A DNA stretch of 64,000 nt from Culturomica sp. (GCA_031262745.1 JAISHE010000022.1:27120-91119), one strand, 5' to 3'; shown: positions 26,423 to 38,064, numbered from the stretch's first letter. Notes: generated from the letters alone by a model not told the origin. Program-made: numbers and translations.

Positions 26423-28756
26423 ATGACGAATAATCTTGTAATAGTTGAATCTCCCGCAAAAGCTAAGACAATAGAAAAATTTTTGGGTAAAGATTTTACT
26501 GTTAAATCCAGTTTCGGTCACATACGAGACTTGGAGAAAAAAGGCATTGGTATAGACATAGCTCACGATTTCAAACCTCAATATGTCATTGCCGAGGATA
26601 AGGACAGCATTGTTAAAGAACTTTCGTCTTTAGCACAAGAAGCTAAAACGATTTGGCTTGCTTCCGATGAAGACCGTGAAGGAGAAGCAATTGCATGGCA
26701 CCTTTTTGAGGTGCTAAACCTTAAACCTGAAAATACAAAGCGTATAGTTTTTCATGAAATTACTAAGGACGCAATAATTAAAGCTATAGAAAATCCGCGT
26801 TCAATAGATATAAATCTTGTTAATGCACAGCAAGCGAGAAGAGTACTTGATAGAATAGTGGGTTTTGAAATATCACCGGTTTTATGGAGAAAAGTGAAAC
26901 CGGCTTTATCTGCCGGTAGAGTGCAATCAGTAGCAGTTAAATTGATTGTCGAACGAGAACGTGAGATAAACTCTTTTAAATCACATCGTTATTATAAGAT
27001 AAGTGGTGTGTTTAACACAGATGAAAATCTTGAACTAAAAGCGGAAATAGAAGATAAATTTGATAACAAGGAAACGGTTGTAGACTTCTTAAATAATTGT
27101 AAAGATTCTGTTTTTTCTGTGAAAGATGTTGATACAAAACCTGCTGTACGTAAGTCTGCTCCGCCTTTCACTACTTCCACATTACAACAGGAGGCTTCTC
27201 GAAAGTTAGGATTTTCGGTGTCTCAAACCATGAGTATAGCTCAGAAATTGTATGAACACGGACATATAACATATATGCGTACAGATTCGGTAAACCTTTC
27301 TGAGATAGCAATTAGTGCAGCTAAAAAGGTGATAACCGAAACGATGGGCAAAGAATATTCCAATCCTCGCCATTTCACCACGCGAACAAAAGGAGCACAA
27401 GAAGCTCATGAGGCTATCCGCCCCACATATATGGATAAAAATAATATTACAGGAGAGAAAAACGAACAAGCTTTGTATGACCTTATATATAAGAGAACTT
27501 TAGCTTCTCAAATGTCTGATGCGAAACTTGAACGTACTACTGTTATAATTGTAGGTAGTAAACTTTCTATACCATTCTTGGCTATTGGCGAAGTGGTACT
27601 TTTCGATGGTTTTTTGAAAATGTATAGAGAAAGTTCGGATGATGATACGGATGAAGAAAGAGGGAATTTATTACCTAAAATAAATGTAGGAGATAAATTG
27701 GGAAGGAAACGTATAATAGCAGCAGAACTTTACACCGCTCATCCACCACGCTATACGGAAGCAAGTCTTGTAAAAAAGATGGAAACGCTTGGAATCGGTC
27801 GCCCGTCAACCTATGCACCAACTATCACTAATATTCAAAATCGTGGCTATATAGTTCGTGAATCTCGTGGGGGTGTTGAGCAGAAATTTGAAGAGATCAC
27901 TTTATCAGGTGATAAAATCACTACTCGTACAACGAAAAAGATTGTAGGTGCAGAAAAGAAAAAACTTTTCCCATCAAATACCGGCATAATTGTAACCGAC
28001 TTTCTTGCGGAACATTTCCCACTTATCATGGATTATAATTTCACTGCAAATGTTGAAGAAAATTTCGACGAAATTGCAGAAGGTGAAAAAGAATGGACAA
28101 AAATGATGAGTGATTTCTATTCTCCTTTTCATGAAAAAATTGAGATAACTATGAAAGAAACAGGTAAGAGTAGCGGTGAACGGGAATTGGGAGTGGAGCC
28201 TTCATCAGGAGAAAAATTAATTGTGCGAATAGGTCGTTTCGGTCCTATTGCACAAATTGGTCAAGGAGAAAATGCTCGCTATGCTCCTTTGAAAAAAGAG
28301 CAACTTATGGAAACTATCACACTTGAAGAAGCACTTGAACTGTTTAGATTTCCTCGCAAATTAGGTACTTATGAGGATAAAGAAGTAAGTATCGGTTTGG
28401 GACGTTTCGGTCCTTATATTAAACACGATAATAAATACATATCACTAAAAAAAGGAGTGGATTCACCGGAAACTATCGACCTTGAAACGGCTGTTCAACG
28501 CATTGAAGACAAACGTGAGAACGATAAAAATCGCTTTATCAAAGAATTTGAAGGAGGTATTCAGTTGCTTAACGGTAGATTCGGTCCTTATATATCTTAT
28601 GAAAATAAAAATTATCGTATACCTAAGACGGTGAATACTAATGATTTGACTTTGGAAGATGTGTTGAAATTAATTGAGGATGGTGATAAGAGGAATCCTA
28701 AACCGGCACAAAAAAAGACAACAACGAAAAAGAAATCTACGACTAATAAAAAATAG
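26423..28756 (+). CDS. topA: DNA topoisomerase I
   Basis: TOPRIM N-terminus (LVIVESPAKAKTIEKFLG), the catalytic Tyr region (ITYMRTDS) and a Lys-rich tail. Confidence 0.95.
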   Translation: MTNNLVIVESPAKAKTIEKFLGKDFTVKSSFGHIRDLEKKGIGIDIAHDFKPQYVIAEDKDSIVKELSSLAQEAKTIWLASDEDREGEAIAWHLFEVLNLKPENTKRIVFHEITKDAIIKAIENPRSIDINLVNAQQARRVLDRIVGFEISPVLWRKVKPALSAGRVQSVAVKLIVEREREINSFKSHRYYKISGVFNTDENLELKAEIEDKFDNKETVVDFLNNCKDSVFSVKDVDTKPAVRKSAPPFTTSTLQQEASRKLGFSVSQTMSIAQKLYEHGHITYMRTDSVNLSEIAISAAKKVITETMGKEYSNPRHFTTRTKGAQEAHEAIRPTYMDKNNITGEKNEQALYDLIYKRTLASQMSDAKLERTTVIIVGSKLSIPFLAIGEVVLFDGFLKMYRESSDDDTDEERGNLLPKINVGDKLGRKRIIAAELYTAHPPRYTEASLVKKMETLGIGRPSTYAPTITNIQNRGYIVRESRGGVEQKFEEITLSGDKITTRTTKKIVGAEKKKLFPSNTGIIVTDFLAEHFPLIMDYNFTANVEENFDEIAEGEKEWTKMMSDFYSPFHEKIEITMKETGKSSGERELGVEPSSGEKLIVRIGRFGPIAQIGQGENARYAPLKKEQLMETITLEEALELFRFPRKLGTYEDKEVSIGLGRFGPYIKHDNKYISLKKGVDSPETIDLETAVQRIEDKRENDKNRFIKEFEGGIQLLNGRFGPYISYENKNYRIPKTVNTNDLTLEDVLKLIEDGDKRNPKPAQKKTTTKKKSTTNKK

Positions 28757-28820
28757 TTTATAAACAATTTGCAAGAAAATATTGCTTTATCTATCTTCGT
28801 AGCCTTAAATTAATAATAAG

Positions 28821-30926
28821 ATGGCAACTCTACAGAATATAAGAAATCGTGGCGGAATACTGGTCAGTATTGTAATCGGTATAGCTCTTTTTGCGTTCAT
28901 AGCCGGCGACGGCTTAAATTATTTTTCAACCGGAGGTTCACGTACTCGTGCCGGAATTATCGCCGGTGAGAAAATTTCGATAATTGATTATCAGAATCAA
29001 TTGATAAAAAATGAGGAGTTTTTTAAATCAATGAATGGTGTAACGGCATTGACGGATGATCAGATGTATAATGTTCGTGAATCTACATGGCAGGAGTTTG
29101 TGAATAGTATTGTCATGGGAAGAGAATACGATGAATTAGGTATTGCTGTTTCCGGTGATGAAATCTACGATATGATTTTCGGTAACAATGTTAATCCTGC
29201 CGTAAGACAACTTTTCGGTGCTGCAACTCCCGACCAAATTAGGAGTTACATAACTTACGTAAGTTCTTTACCTGCTCAGGATCCTCAAAAAACATACTGG
29301 CTTAATATCGAAAAACAGCTTGCGGAGAGTAGGAAGCAAACAAAATATATGACCTTACTTATGAAGGGTATGTATGTTACTGATGAAGAAGTTGTAAATA
29401 CAATAGATAATTCATCCGAAAAATCTGATATTAGTTACATCGTTAAGAATTATTCTACGGTACCGGATTCAACTGTTACGGTTTCAAATGATGAAATAAA
29501 GAGATATTATAATTCTCATAAAAATCTTTATCAACAAAATGAGTCAAGACGCATAGAATATGTTGATTTCTCGATTGAACCTTCGGCAGAGGACTATTCT
29601 GAAACTCGTAAAATTGTGGAAAATATGATATCCGAATTTACGGAAGCAGAAAATGCCCGTGAGTTTGTGGAACTTTCTTCGGATGCACAGTTTGATGACC
29701 GTTATTATGCCAAATCGGAAATTACAAATGATAGTCTTGCGGATTTTCTCTTTAAAAATACAAAAACAGTTTACGGTACTTATTTGGAAAATGAAGCTTA
29801 TAAAATCAGTAAAGTGGCATCAATTAAGATGTTGCCGGATTCGATTAGAGCCCGTCATATTTTGATTACTCCGCAAAATAACGATTATATGGCAGCTAAG
29901 AATCTTGCAGATAGTTTAGCTGATTTGTTGCGTACAGGTAAAGCTGATTTTGAAGTGCTTGCACGCACTTATTCTACAGATGAGGCATCGGCTGTGAACG
30001 GTGGTGATTTGGGTTGGTTTAATGCGACAACTATGGTGCAACCGTTTAGTGATACCGCATTTTTTGCTAAACCTCGCGAAATTAAAGTGGCTGTAACTCA
30101 GTTCGGTGCGCACATCATTCAGGTGTTAAATCGTTCTAAGTTGGTAGAGAAGATACAAATTGCTACTGTAGAAAAGGAGGTGTTTGCTTCGCAAGCAACA
30201 ATTAATAAGGTATATAATAATGCACGTAATTTTGCTGCAAATGTGTTTACGAATGAAGATTTCAATAAAAAGATAGAAGAGAGTGGTGTTACTAAGAATT
30301 TTGCAAATCTTGGCAAGAATGATAGAAATGTTTCTAACATAACCGATGCAAGAGATTTGGTGCGTCAGGTTTATCTTTCAAAGGAAGTTAATCATGTGGT
30401 TTTCAATGATGAAGATGTAAATATTTTTGATACCGGTGATCGATTTATTATTGCCGTTCTAACGGAAATTAATGAAGAAGGGACGTCGCCTATAAATAAA
30501 GTATCTGCAATGATTTATCAGGAAATAGCACGTGAAAAGAAAGCGGAATTACTCAAAGAAGAATTGCAGACAGCAACTATCGGTAGTCAAAGTTTGCTAT
30601 CGGTAGCTCAAAAGACAGGTTTAACTGTTAAAGATGCTAATGACATATCTTTTTCTTCATTTCAAATCACAGGAGGCGGAATTGAACCGAAAGTTATTGC
30701 CGAAGCATCGAAGATAGAAGTAGGTAAAATATCCGAACCGATTGCAGGTAACGTGGGTGTCTTTATGCTTGTAGTGAATAATCGTGATAAAATGGAATCA
30801 TCAATGGATACAATGACTGTAAAAACAGGCATGCAACAATCTCGTATGTCAACGGTTACTTATTTTGCAAGTCAGGCACTTTTGAAAAATGCGGAGATTA
30901 AAGATACAAGATATAGATTCTATTAA
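28821..30926 (+). CDS. PpiD/SurA-like periplasmic chaperone with parvulin PPIase domain
   Basis: N-terminal TM anchor. Parvulin segment ARHILI...GGDLGWF. Confidence 0.8.
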   Translation: MATLQNIRNRGGILVSIVIGIALFAFIAGDGLNYFSTGGSRTRAGIIAGEKISIIDYQNQLIKNEEFFKSMNGVTALTDDQMYNVRESTWQEFVNSIVMGREYDELGIAVSGDEIYDMIFGNNVNPAVRQLFGAATPDQIRSYITYVSSLPAQDPQKTYWLNIEKQLAESRKQTKYMTLLMKGMYVTDEEVVNTIDNSSEKSDISYIVKNYSTVPDSTVTVSNDEIKRYYNSHKNLYQQNESRRIEYVDFSIEPSAEDYSETRKIVENMISEFTEAENAREFVELSSDAQFDDRYYAKSEITNDSLADFLFKNTKTVYGTYLENEAYKISKVASIKMLPDSIRARHILITPQNNDYMAAKNLADSLADLLRTGKADFEVLARTYSTDEASAVNGGDLGWFNATTMVQPFSDTAFFAKPREIKVAVTQFGAHIIQVLNRSKLVEKIQIATVEKEVFASQATINKVYNNARNFAANVFTNEDFNKKIEESGVTKNFANLGKNDRNVSNITDARDLVRQVYLSKEVNHVVFNDEDVNIFDTGDRFIIAVLTEINEEGTSPINKVSAMIYQEIAREKKAELLKEELQTATIGSQSLLSVAQKTGLTVKDANDISFSSFQITGGGIEPKVIAEASKIEVGKISEPIAGNVGVFMLVVNNRDKMESSMDTMTVKTGMQQSRMSTVTYFASQALLKNAEIKDTRYRFY

Positions 30927-30955
30927 TAGTGGAGTGTGTTGTATATAAATAAATT

Positions 30956-30990
30956 AATGAGGCGTGTCATCTTGGCACGCTTCATTTTTA
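30956..30990 (+). terminator. Rho-independent terminator
   Basis: AATGAGGCGTG pairs with CACGCTTCATT, followed by TTTT. Confidence 0.6.
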
Positions 30991-31058
30991 TATAATATTT
31001 TCACGGATAAAAAGATTTAGTTGCTATATTTGCATAAAATATTAAATTACATCGTATT

Positions 31059-33518
31059 ATGATTAAGTTTCAGAAACAATATATACCTTATATAATTGCG
31101 ATTGCGTCATTTGTGCTTTTTGCGGTAATTTATTGTTTGCCTGCACTACAAGGTAAAACAATTAGCACCTCTGATGGGCTTGCTTGGCAAGGTATGGCTA
31201 ACGAGGTCTTAGAATATTATAAAAACACCGGAAATGCTTCTTTTTGGACGAATTCAATGTTTTCCGGTATGCCGACATTTCAAATTACAGGTACAGGCAT
31301 GCCGACAAATCCTTGGTTTCACTATTTGAATGGTGTTGTGAATCTTTATTTCACAGGCATAATGTCATTTTTTATCACTTACCTACTTGGTTTTTTTATA
31401 CTATTAAGAGCTTTTAAGATTAATATGTGGATGAGTATTTTCGGAGCTATGGCAATAACTCTTTCATCCTATTTTATAGTTATTCTCGAAGCCGGTCATT
31501 TTTCTAAAGCTTCGTGTTTAGGTTGCATGGGAGCTGTAATAGGAGGATTCTACCTTATTTATAATCAACGTAGATTTTGGTTAGGTGGAATTATTGTTGC
31601 ATTGTTTATGACGGTTGGTGCGATGCAGCATCCTCAAATGACTTATTACACGTTTCTTCTTATCGGAATACTTTTTTTTGCAGAATTGTGGATACATTAC
31701 AAGGATAAGCAATTGAAATATTTTTCAATTGCAACATTAATATTTGTTGCAGCAGTGCTTGTAGGAATGGGTACAAGATATACCCAGTATTCAATGTTAC
31801 AGGAATATTCACAGGAAACTATGCGAGGTGGTCATTCGGAACTTACAAAGGATGATGACGCCAATAAAACGGAAGGACTTGACTTGGACTATGCAACAGC
31901 TTGGAGTTATGGTGTAGATGAGACGATGACATTGTTGATACCTAACTATATGGGTTCTTCGAGTAGTTATAATGTTGGCAAAAATTCTAATCTTTATGAA
32001 ACTCTTGTGAAAAACGGAGTATCCCTGCGCAATGCGGAAGATTTTTGTCGCAATGTACCTACTTATTGGGGCGATCAACCTTTTACAGCCGGTACGGTTT
32101 ATGTGGGAGCAATAATTGTTTTTCTCTTTGTGCTCGGTTTAATGATAGTAAAAGGACCTTATAAATGGGCATTATTGATTGCAACTATCTTTTCAATATT
32201 GCTGTCGTGGGGTAAAAATTTTCTGCCGTTAACCGATTTCTTCTTTACCTATTTCCCGATGTACAGTAAGTTCCGTGCTGTTTCGTCAATATTAATAGTA
32301 GCGGAAATTACAATGCCGCTTTTGGGGTTGCTGGCATTAAACAAGGTGTTTAAAAATGAGGTACCACGCAAGGAATTGTTAAAAAGGATCAGGCATGCTG
32401 CTTATATAACGGGAGGTATTTGTTTATTGTTTGCTGTGTTTGGAGGTAGCATGCTTAGTTTCACATCACCGAATGATGCTCAATATTTTTCTCAAATGCC
32501 TGAATGGGTTAGCGGTGCAATTGTGGATGAACGAATTTCGATGTTGCGTAGTGATGCTTTTCGTTCACTGATTTTTATTGTTCTTGCTGCCGGTTGTTTA
32601 TGGTTATTTGCGGACGGGAAAATGAAGCGGAAATATTCCTTGTTGTTAATGGGAGTGTTAATTGTTGTAGACTTGTGGGTGGTTGATCGGAGGTATGTTA
32701 ATTACGACACTTTTGTGAAACCTTCTACCGAAAAGAATTATTTTAACAAACAACCTTACGAAGTGCAGATACTTCAAGATAAGGATCCGCATTTTAGAGT
32801 TTTTAATATAGCTACTAATACATTCAATGATTCACGTACTTCTTATTATCTGAAATCTATCGGCGGATATAGCGCAGTAAAATTGCGCCGTTATCAGGAC
32901 TTGATAGACCGCTATCTTTCACGCTTGAATTGGAAGGTGATTGATATGTTGAATGCAAAATATATAATAGTGCCTAATAAGGAGGGGAATACACCTGTTG
33001 CTCAACTTAACCCCAATGCAATGGGTAATGCTTGGTTTGTGGACTCGGTGATTGTTGTAAACACTCCGAATGAAGAAATTGCAGCATTGGATAAAATAAA
33101 TTTGCATACAACAGCTGTAATTGATGCCAAGTTTTCATCGTTTCTTGTTGATAATACCCATAGAGATAATTCTGCTTCGGAAGTTAAGTTACTGTCATAT
33201 TTACCGAACAAACTGGAATACGAAATAAATTCCGAAGCAGGTGGTACGATAGTATTTTCTGAAATTTATTATCCTGAGGGTTGGAAATCTTACATAGACG
33301 GACAACAGGTAGGGAATTTTAGAGCTAACTATGCTTTGAGAGCATTGCAGGTTTCTTCCGGACAACATAGAATAATGTTTGAATTTCATCCTGATGTTAT
33401 ATATAACACGTTACCTGTTTCATTTACGTTCATATTCATTCTATATGCCTTAACTATAGGTTGCGCAGTGTATATTATTTTGAAGGTAGCAGGAGTGAAA
33501 GTAAAAAAACTTGAATAA
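31059..33518 (+). CDS. YfhO-family polytopic membrane protein
   Basis: 819 aa with many TM segments and the Bacteroidetes YfhO-like layout. Confidence 0.7.
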   Translation: MIKFQKQYIPYIIAIASFVLFAVIYCLPALQGKTISTSDGLAWQGMANEVLEYYKNTGNASFWTNSMFSGMPTFQITGTGMPTNPWFHYLNGVVNLYFTGIMSFFITYLLGFFILLRAFKINMWMSIFGAMAITLSSYFIVILEAGHFSKASCLGCMGAVIGGFYLIYNQRRFWLGGIIVALFMTVGAMQHPQMTYYTFLLIGILFFAELWIHYKDKQLKYFSIATLIFVAAVLVGMGTRYTQYSMLQEYSQETMRGGHSELTKDDDANKTEGLDLDYATAWSYGVDETMTLLIPNYMGSSSSYNVGKNSNLYETLVKNGVSLRNAEDFCRNVPTYWGDQPFTAGTVYVGAIIVFLFVLGLMIVKGPYKWALLIATIFSILLSWGKNFLPLTDFFFTYFPMYSKFRAVSSILIVAEITMPLLGLLALNKVFKNEVPRKELLKRIRHAAYITGGICLLFAVFGGSMLSFTSPNDAQYFSQMPEWVSGAIVDERISMLRSDAFRSLIFIVLAAGCLWLFADGKMKRKYSLLLMGVLIVVDLWVVDRRYVNYDTFVKPSTEKNYFNKQPYEVQILQDKDPHFRVFNIATNTFNDSRTSYYLKSIGGYSAVKLRRYQDLIDRYLSRLNWKVIDMLNAKYIIVPNKEGNTPVAQLNPNAMGNAWFVDSVIVVNTPNEEIAALDKINLHTTAVIDAKFSSFLVDNTHRDNSASEVKLLSYLPNKLEYEINSEAGGTIVFSEIYYPEGWKSYIDGQQVGNFRANYALRALQVSSGQHRIMFEFHPDVIYNTLPVSFTFIFILYALTIGCAVYIILKVAGVKVKKLE

Positions 33519-33544
33519 TACTTTGGTAATAATAATAAATTCTC

Positions 33545-33748
33545 TATTTTTGTTGCCCTCAATTTGGGGTATACTGTACTTAATTATGGGATTGAACCTT
33601 AGCCATTTGTCCCATAAGCATTTTGAAAAAACCGATGTATTTGTGCTCGCAACTCGTTTCGTCGGTGGAAGTAAAATGTCCTGTATGTCAACCGATTGAG
33701 TAAACGAACAGAATAATTTAATTAAAATTAAAATTAAAACAATTAAAA
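33545..33748 (+). promoter_or_regulatory. Promoter (-7 box TATTTTTG 33545-33552) and ~190-nt structured leader of rplM-rpsI
   Basis: TAnnTTTG box. The leader contains a perfect 8-bp hairpin, TTATGGGA/TCCCATAA, at about 33584-33620. Confidence 0.4.
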
Positions 33749-34204
33749 GTGGATCAAATAAGTTACAAAACTACTTATGTCAACAAAACTTCCGCACAAA
33801 AAGGATGGATTTTGATTGACGCTGAAAATGAGGTTTTGGGACGTCTTGCTTCTAAAGTTGCGAAACTTCTGAGGGGCAAATACAAATCGTCTTTTACTCC
33901 TCACGTTGATTGTGGCGACAATGTTATCATTGTAAATGCCGATAAAATTGTACTGACCGGTAAGAAAATGTCCGACAAACAGTACACACGTCACACCGGT
34001 TACCCCGGTGGTCAAAGGTTAACAACACCGGAAAAGCTTTTGACAACATTTCCCGAACGTATTATCGAACATGCTGTGAAGGGCATGCTTCCAAAGAATC
34101 GTTTAGGTAGAGCCGTCATTAAGAATATGCACCTTTTTGTAGGAGCAGAACACAATATGCAGGCTCAACAACCTAAGAAGATAGATTTAAATTCTCTTAA
34201 ATAA
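33749..34204 (+). CDS. rplM: 50S ribosomal protein L13 (GTG start)
   Basis: WILIDAENEVLGRLAS and HTGYPGG motifs. Confidence 0.95.
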   Translation: MDQISYKTTYVNKTSAQKGWILIDAENEVLGRLASKVAKLLRGKYKSSFTPHVDCGDNVIIVNADKIVLTGKKMSDKQYTRHTGYPGGQRLTTPEKLLTTFPERIIEHAVKGMLPKNRLGRAVIKNMHLFVGAEHNMQAQQPKKIDLNSLK

Positions 34205-34211
34205 ATAAGAT

Positions 34212-34598
34212 ATGGAAGTAATTAATGCACTTGGTAGAAGAAAAGCAGCAATAGCTCGCGTCTATGTGAGTGAAGGTAAAGGAGATATAACCATCAATAA
34301 TCGTCCGTTGGAAAATTATTTTACATTACCGACACTTCAATATATTGTAAAACAACCGTTGGAATTATTAGGTGTTACCGGTCAATATGATGTTAAGGTT
34401 AACCTTAACGGAGGCGGTTTTAAAGGTCAAGCCGAAGCCTTGCGTTTGGGAATTGCCCGCGCTTTGGTGGAAATCAACCCTGATGACAAACCAAAATTGA
34501 GAGCAGCAGGATTTATGACTCGTGATCCGCGTGAAGTGGAGCGTAAAAAACCGGGACGTCCGAAAGCTCGTAAGAGATTCCAGTTCTCTAAACGTTAA
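34212..34598 (+). CDS. rpsI: 30S ribosomal protein S9
   Basis: [19 protein letters not shown] and C-terminal [11 protein letters not shown]. Confidence 0.95.
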   Translation: MEVINALGRRKAAIARVYVSEGKGDITINNRPLENYFTLPTLQYIVKQPLELLGVTGQYDVKVNLNGGGFKGQAEALRLGIARALVEINPDDKPKLRAAGFMTRDPREVERKKPGRPKARKRFQFSKR

Positions 34599-34683
34599 TA
34601 TGTGTTTAGTATCTAAATTGGCGGGACTTCTTTGTGAACTACCCGTTGATTGTTTAAATTAAGAATGTAAACTTTAAGAAATT

Positions 34684-35460
34684 ATGTCAGCAAATTTTGA
34701 TGAATTATTAGAAGCAGGTGCCCATTTCGGTCATCTCACGCGCAAGTGGAATCCTAAAATGGCTCCCTATATTTTTATGGAGCGTAATAACATCCACATT
34801 ATTGACTTGAATAAAACGGTAGTAATGCTTGATAAAGCTGCTATCGCTCTGAAACAGATTGCAAAATCAGGTCGTAGAATTCTGTTTGTGGCAACAAAGA
34901 AACAGGCTAAGGATATTGTTGCCGAAAAGGTGTCAAACGTTAATATGCCATACGTTACCGAAAGATGGCCCGGCGGTATGCTAACGAATTTTCCTACAAT
35001 TCGTAAAGCTGTGAAAAAAATGACTACTATCGACAAGATGGAAAAAGACGGTACTTTCGCTCATCTTTCAAAAAGAGAAAAACTGCAAATATCACGTCAG
35101 CGTGCTAAGTTAGAGAAGAACTTAGGAAGTATTGCCGACTTGAACCGTTTGCCGGCAGCTCTTTTTGTTATTGATGTGATGAAAGAATATATCGCAGTAA
35201 AAGAAGCTAAAAGTCTTGGTATACCGGTTTTTGCGATGGTTGACACCAATTCTGATCCCGATGATATTGATTTCGTAATTCCGGCTAATGATGACGCATC
35301 TACTTCTATTTCTTATGTAATAGATCAAGTAACGACTGCCATCAAGGAAGGTATGAATGAAAGGAAATCGGAAAAGGATAAGGAAGAAAAACCGACTCCT
35401 GTTAAAAAAGCAGAAAAGGTAGCTTCCGTTAAGGATAACTCTTCGGACAAAGAAGAGTAA
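34684..35460 (+). CDS. rpsB: 30S ribosomal protein S2
   Basis: LLEAGAHFGH and VFAMVDTNSDP motifs. Confidence 0.95.
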   Translation: MSANFDELLEAGAHFGHLTRKWNPKMAPYIFMERNNIHIIDLNKTVVMLDKAAIALKQIAKSGRRILFVATKKQAKDIVAEKVSNVNMPYVTERWPGGMLTNFPTIRKAVKKMTTIDKMEKDGTFAHLSKREKLQISRQRAKLEKNLGSIADLNRLPAALFVIDVMKEYIAVKEAKSLGIPVFAMVDTNSDPDDIDFVIPANDDASTSISYVIDQVTTAIKEGMNERKSEKDKEEKPTPVKKAEKVASVKDNSSDKEE

Positions 35461-35489
35461 TAGTATTAACCATTAAACTGTAAATCATA

Positions 35490-36308
35490 ATGGATATAAA
35501 AGCAGCAGAAGTAATGAAGTTGCGTAAAGCAACTAATGCAGGCATGATGGACTGCAAGAATGCTCTTATTGATTCAGAAGGGGATTTTGAAAAAGCCATC
35601 GACATTATTCGTAAAAGAGGATTAATTGTTGCCAGTAAGCGTGCCGACAGAGAAGCCGGAGAGGGTTGTGTACTTGCACGTGTTGAAGGTAAAAAAGCTG
35701 CAATAGTAAGTCTTAATTGTGAAACGGATTTCGTAGCCAAAAACGAAAATTTTATAAATTTCACGAACAAGATACTTGATGTGGCTTTGGATAAAATGCC
35801 GACTACTTTGGAAGAATTGTTGACCATCGAATTTGACGGTCGTACGGTGGCAGCTCAAATTGCAGAACAAACCGGTGTTATCGGTGAAAAATTGGAACTT
35901 GCGTTCTATGGCAGTTTGGAAGCTGAAGATACGATAGCTTATATACATCCGGGTAACATGCTTGCTACTATTGCCGGTTTCAACAAAAAAGCCGACTTGC
36001 AGGTCAAAAAAGATGTGGCAATGCAAATTGCAGCTATGTCCCCTGTTTCTGTTGATAAAGACGATGTTCCGGAAGCAGTGATAGCTAAAGAATTGGAAAT
36101 AGGTCGCGACAAAGCTCGAGAAGAAGGTAAGCCTGAAAATATGTTGGAAAAAATAGCTCAAGGTCGTTTGAATAAATTCTTTCAAGATTCGACTTTGTTG
36201 AATCAAGCATTTGTCAAAGAATCGAAACAGACGGTTAAAGCCTACATACAAAGTGTTGATAAGGATTTGACGGTAACGAAGTTTATCCGTTTTGCCTTGA
36301 AAGATTAA
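35490..36308 (+). CDS. tsf: Elongation factor Ts
   Basis: KLRKATNAGMMDCKNAL UBA-like N-terminus and LNCETDFVAKN. Confidence 0.95.
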   Translation: MDIKAAEVMKLRKATNAGMMDCKNALIDSEGDFEKAIDIIRKRGLIVASKRADREAGEGCVLARVEGKKAAIVSLNCETDFVAKNENFINFTNKILDVALDKMPTTLEELLTIEFDGRTVAAQIAEQTGVIGEKLELAFYGSLEAEDTIAYIHPGNMLATIAGFNKKADLQVKKDVAMQIAAMSPVSVDKDDVPEAVIAKELEIGRDKAREEGKPENMLEKIAQGRLNKFFQDSTLLNQAFVKESKQTVKAYIQSVDKDLTVTKFIRFALKD

Positions 36309-36337
36309 TACTTTTAACAAGTTTTACATTATTGTTG

Positions 36338-36372
36338 AATAATGCGAGTCATTGCGGCTCGCATTATTTGTT
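36338..36372 (+). terminator. Rho-independent terminator
   Basis: AATAATGCGAG pairs with CTCGCATTATT, followed by TTGTT. Confidence 0.6.
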
Positions 36373-36507
36373 AAAAAAGGTGTATCTTTGTCGTTATTCA
36401 TTGCTTGATACTATGAAAGTATTATAAATAATAGGATTTACTAAAGTTCTCAATCATGTGAATGTTGTTAAATTACCGGAATTAAGATCTAAATAAAGAG
36501 AAGTAAT

Positions 36508-38061
36508 ATGAATCGGAGGAAGATATCAATTATAGGTGCAGGTCCGGCAGGTCTCACAGCCGCCTATGAAATCCTTAAATCTCAACCGTCAGCACATGTA
36601 GATATTTACGAATCTACGGATCGCATAGGTGGTATTTCAACAACAATTGAGCATAACGGTTGTCGGATTGACATAGGAGGTCATCGCTTTTTCTCTAAAA
36701 GTAAACGTGTTAACGAATTATGGCAAGAATTAATGCCAACTCAAGGTGCGCCTGCAAAGGATGATGCGTTGCTTGCTGTTGATAAGCGATATGCCGAAGT
36801 CGGTCCTGACCCTGAGCGTACCGATGCGGTTATGTTGTTGCGTCGCCGTGTGTCGCGTATTTTCTACCGTCGTCGTTTCTTTGATTATCCGATAGCACTC
36901 AAATCGGCAACTTTTGTAAATATGGGCTTTGTAAATACATTGAAGGCTGCTGCAAGTTATATGTATTCCACTGTACATAAATTACCGGAAACATCACTTG
37001 AGAATTTTTATATTAACCGTTTCGGACGACATCTATATAGCATGTTTTTTGAGGATTACACTCAAAAAGTATGGGGAGTGCATCCTTCGCAACTTGATGC
37101 CTCGTGGGGAGCGCAGCGAGTAAAGGAATTGTCGGTGTTAGGTATACTTAAAGAGGCTACACTTAAGATTTTCAATCCGCAACGAAAAACAAATCAAACT
37201 TCGCTTATTGAGCAATTCCTTTACCCTAAATTTGGTCCGGGAGAATTGTGGACGGTTATGGCTGAACAAATACAAAAAATGGGTGGAAAGATATATTTTA
37301 ACTCTGTTGTTAAGTCATTGAAAATTACTGGTAACTCTATAGTTACATTAGGTGTTGAAAATAATGGAATCATTACGGAACATGCAGTTGATGTTGTTCT
37401 AAGTACAATGCCGGTGAAAGATCTTGTTGCTGCTATTGATATGCCTGTTCCGGAGGATGTGAAACGCATTGCGGCAGGTCTACCTTATCGTGATTTCATA
37501 ACCGTCGGATTGCTGGTGAATAAACTTTTATTGAAAAACAAGACAAATATGAAAACAGTGGGTAATATCGTGCCCGATTGTTGGATTTACATACAGGAAC
37601 GTGATGTGAAAATTGGGCGTTTGCAAATTTTTAACAATTGGTCTCCTTATATGGTGAAGGACTTTGAACATACAGTTTGGATCGGACTTGAATACTTTTG
37701 TAATGAAGGTGATGAAATGTGGACAATGCCTCGTGAGGAGTTTATAAAATTTGCAATTGATGAATTGGTTAAAATTAAAATCATTGATCGTGAGGATGTT
37801 TTGGATGCGGTGCAGGTGAAAATGCCAAAGGCATATCCTGCTTATTTTGGTACTTATGGCGAGATGGATAAGGTGAAGGATTATCTTGACTCATTACAAA
37901 ATCTCTATTGTATTGGTCGCAACGGTCAACATCGCTATAACAACATGGATCACTCTATGTTGACGGCTATGGAAGCAGTTAAGAATATTCAAACTAATAA
38001 GATAGGAAAAGATAACGTGTGGGCTGTCAATACGGAAGAAGATTATCATGAAAATAAATAG
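36508..38061 (+). CDS. NAD(P)/FAD-dependent oxidoreductase (amine-oxidase / UDP-galactopyranose-mutase-like fold)
   Basis: N-terminal [16 protein letters not shown] dinucleotide-binding motif. 517 aa. Confidence 0.75.
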   Translation: MNRRKISIIGAGPAGLTAAYEILKSQPSAHVDIYESTDRIGGISTTIEHNGCRIDIGGHRFFSKSKRVNELWQELMPTQGAPAKDDALLAVDKRYAEVGPDPERTDAVMLLRRRVSRIFYRRRFFDYPIALKSATFVNMGFVNTLKAAASYMYSTVHKLPETSLENFYINRFGRHLYSMFFEDYTQKVWGVHPSQLDASWGAQRVKELSVLGILKEATLKIFNPQRKTNQTSLIEQFLYPKFGPGELWTVMAEQIQKMGGKIYFNSVVKSLKITGNSIVTLGVENNGIITEHAVDVVLSTMPVKDLVAAIDMPVPEDVKRIAAGLPYRDFITVGLLVNKLLLKNKTNMKTVGNIVPDCWIYIQERDVKIGRLQIFNNWSPYMVKDFEHTVWIGLEYFCNEGDEMWTMPREEFIKFAIDELVKIKIIDREDVLDAVQVKMPKAYPAYFGTYGEMDKVKDYLDSLQNLYCIGRNGQHRYNNMDHSMLTAMEAVKNIQTNKIGKDNVWAVNTEEDYHENK

Positions 38062-38064
38062 ATT

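Noticed and set aside
33511-33699. 62-aa ORF between yfhO and rplM.
   Set aside because: It overlaps the yfhO stop and the predicted rplM promoter and leader, and its sequence has no motifs. The region is better explained as a 5' leader.
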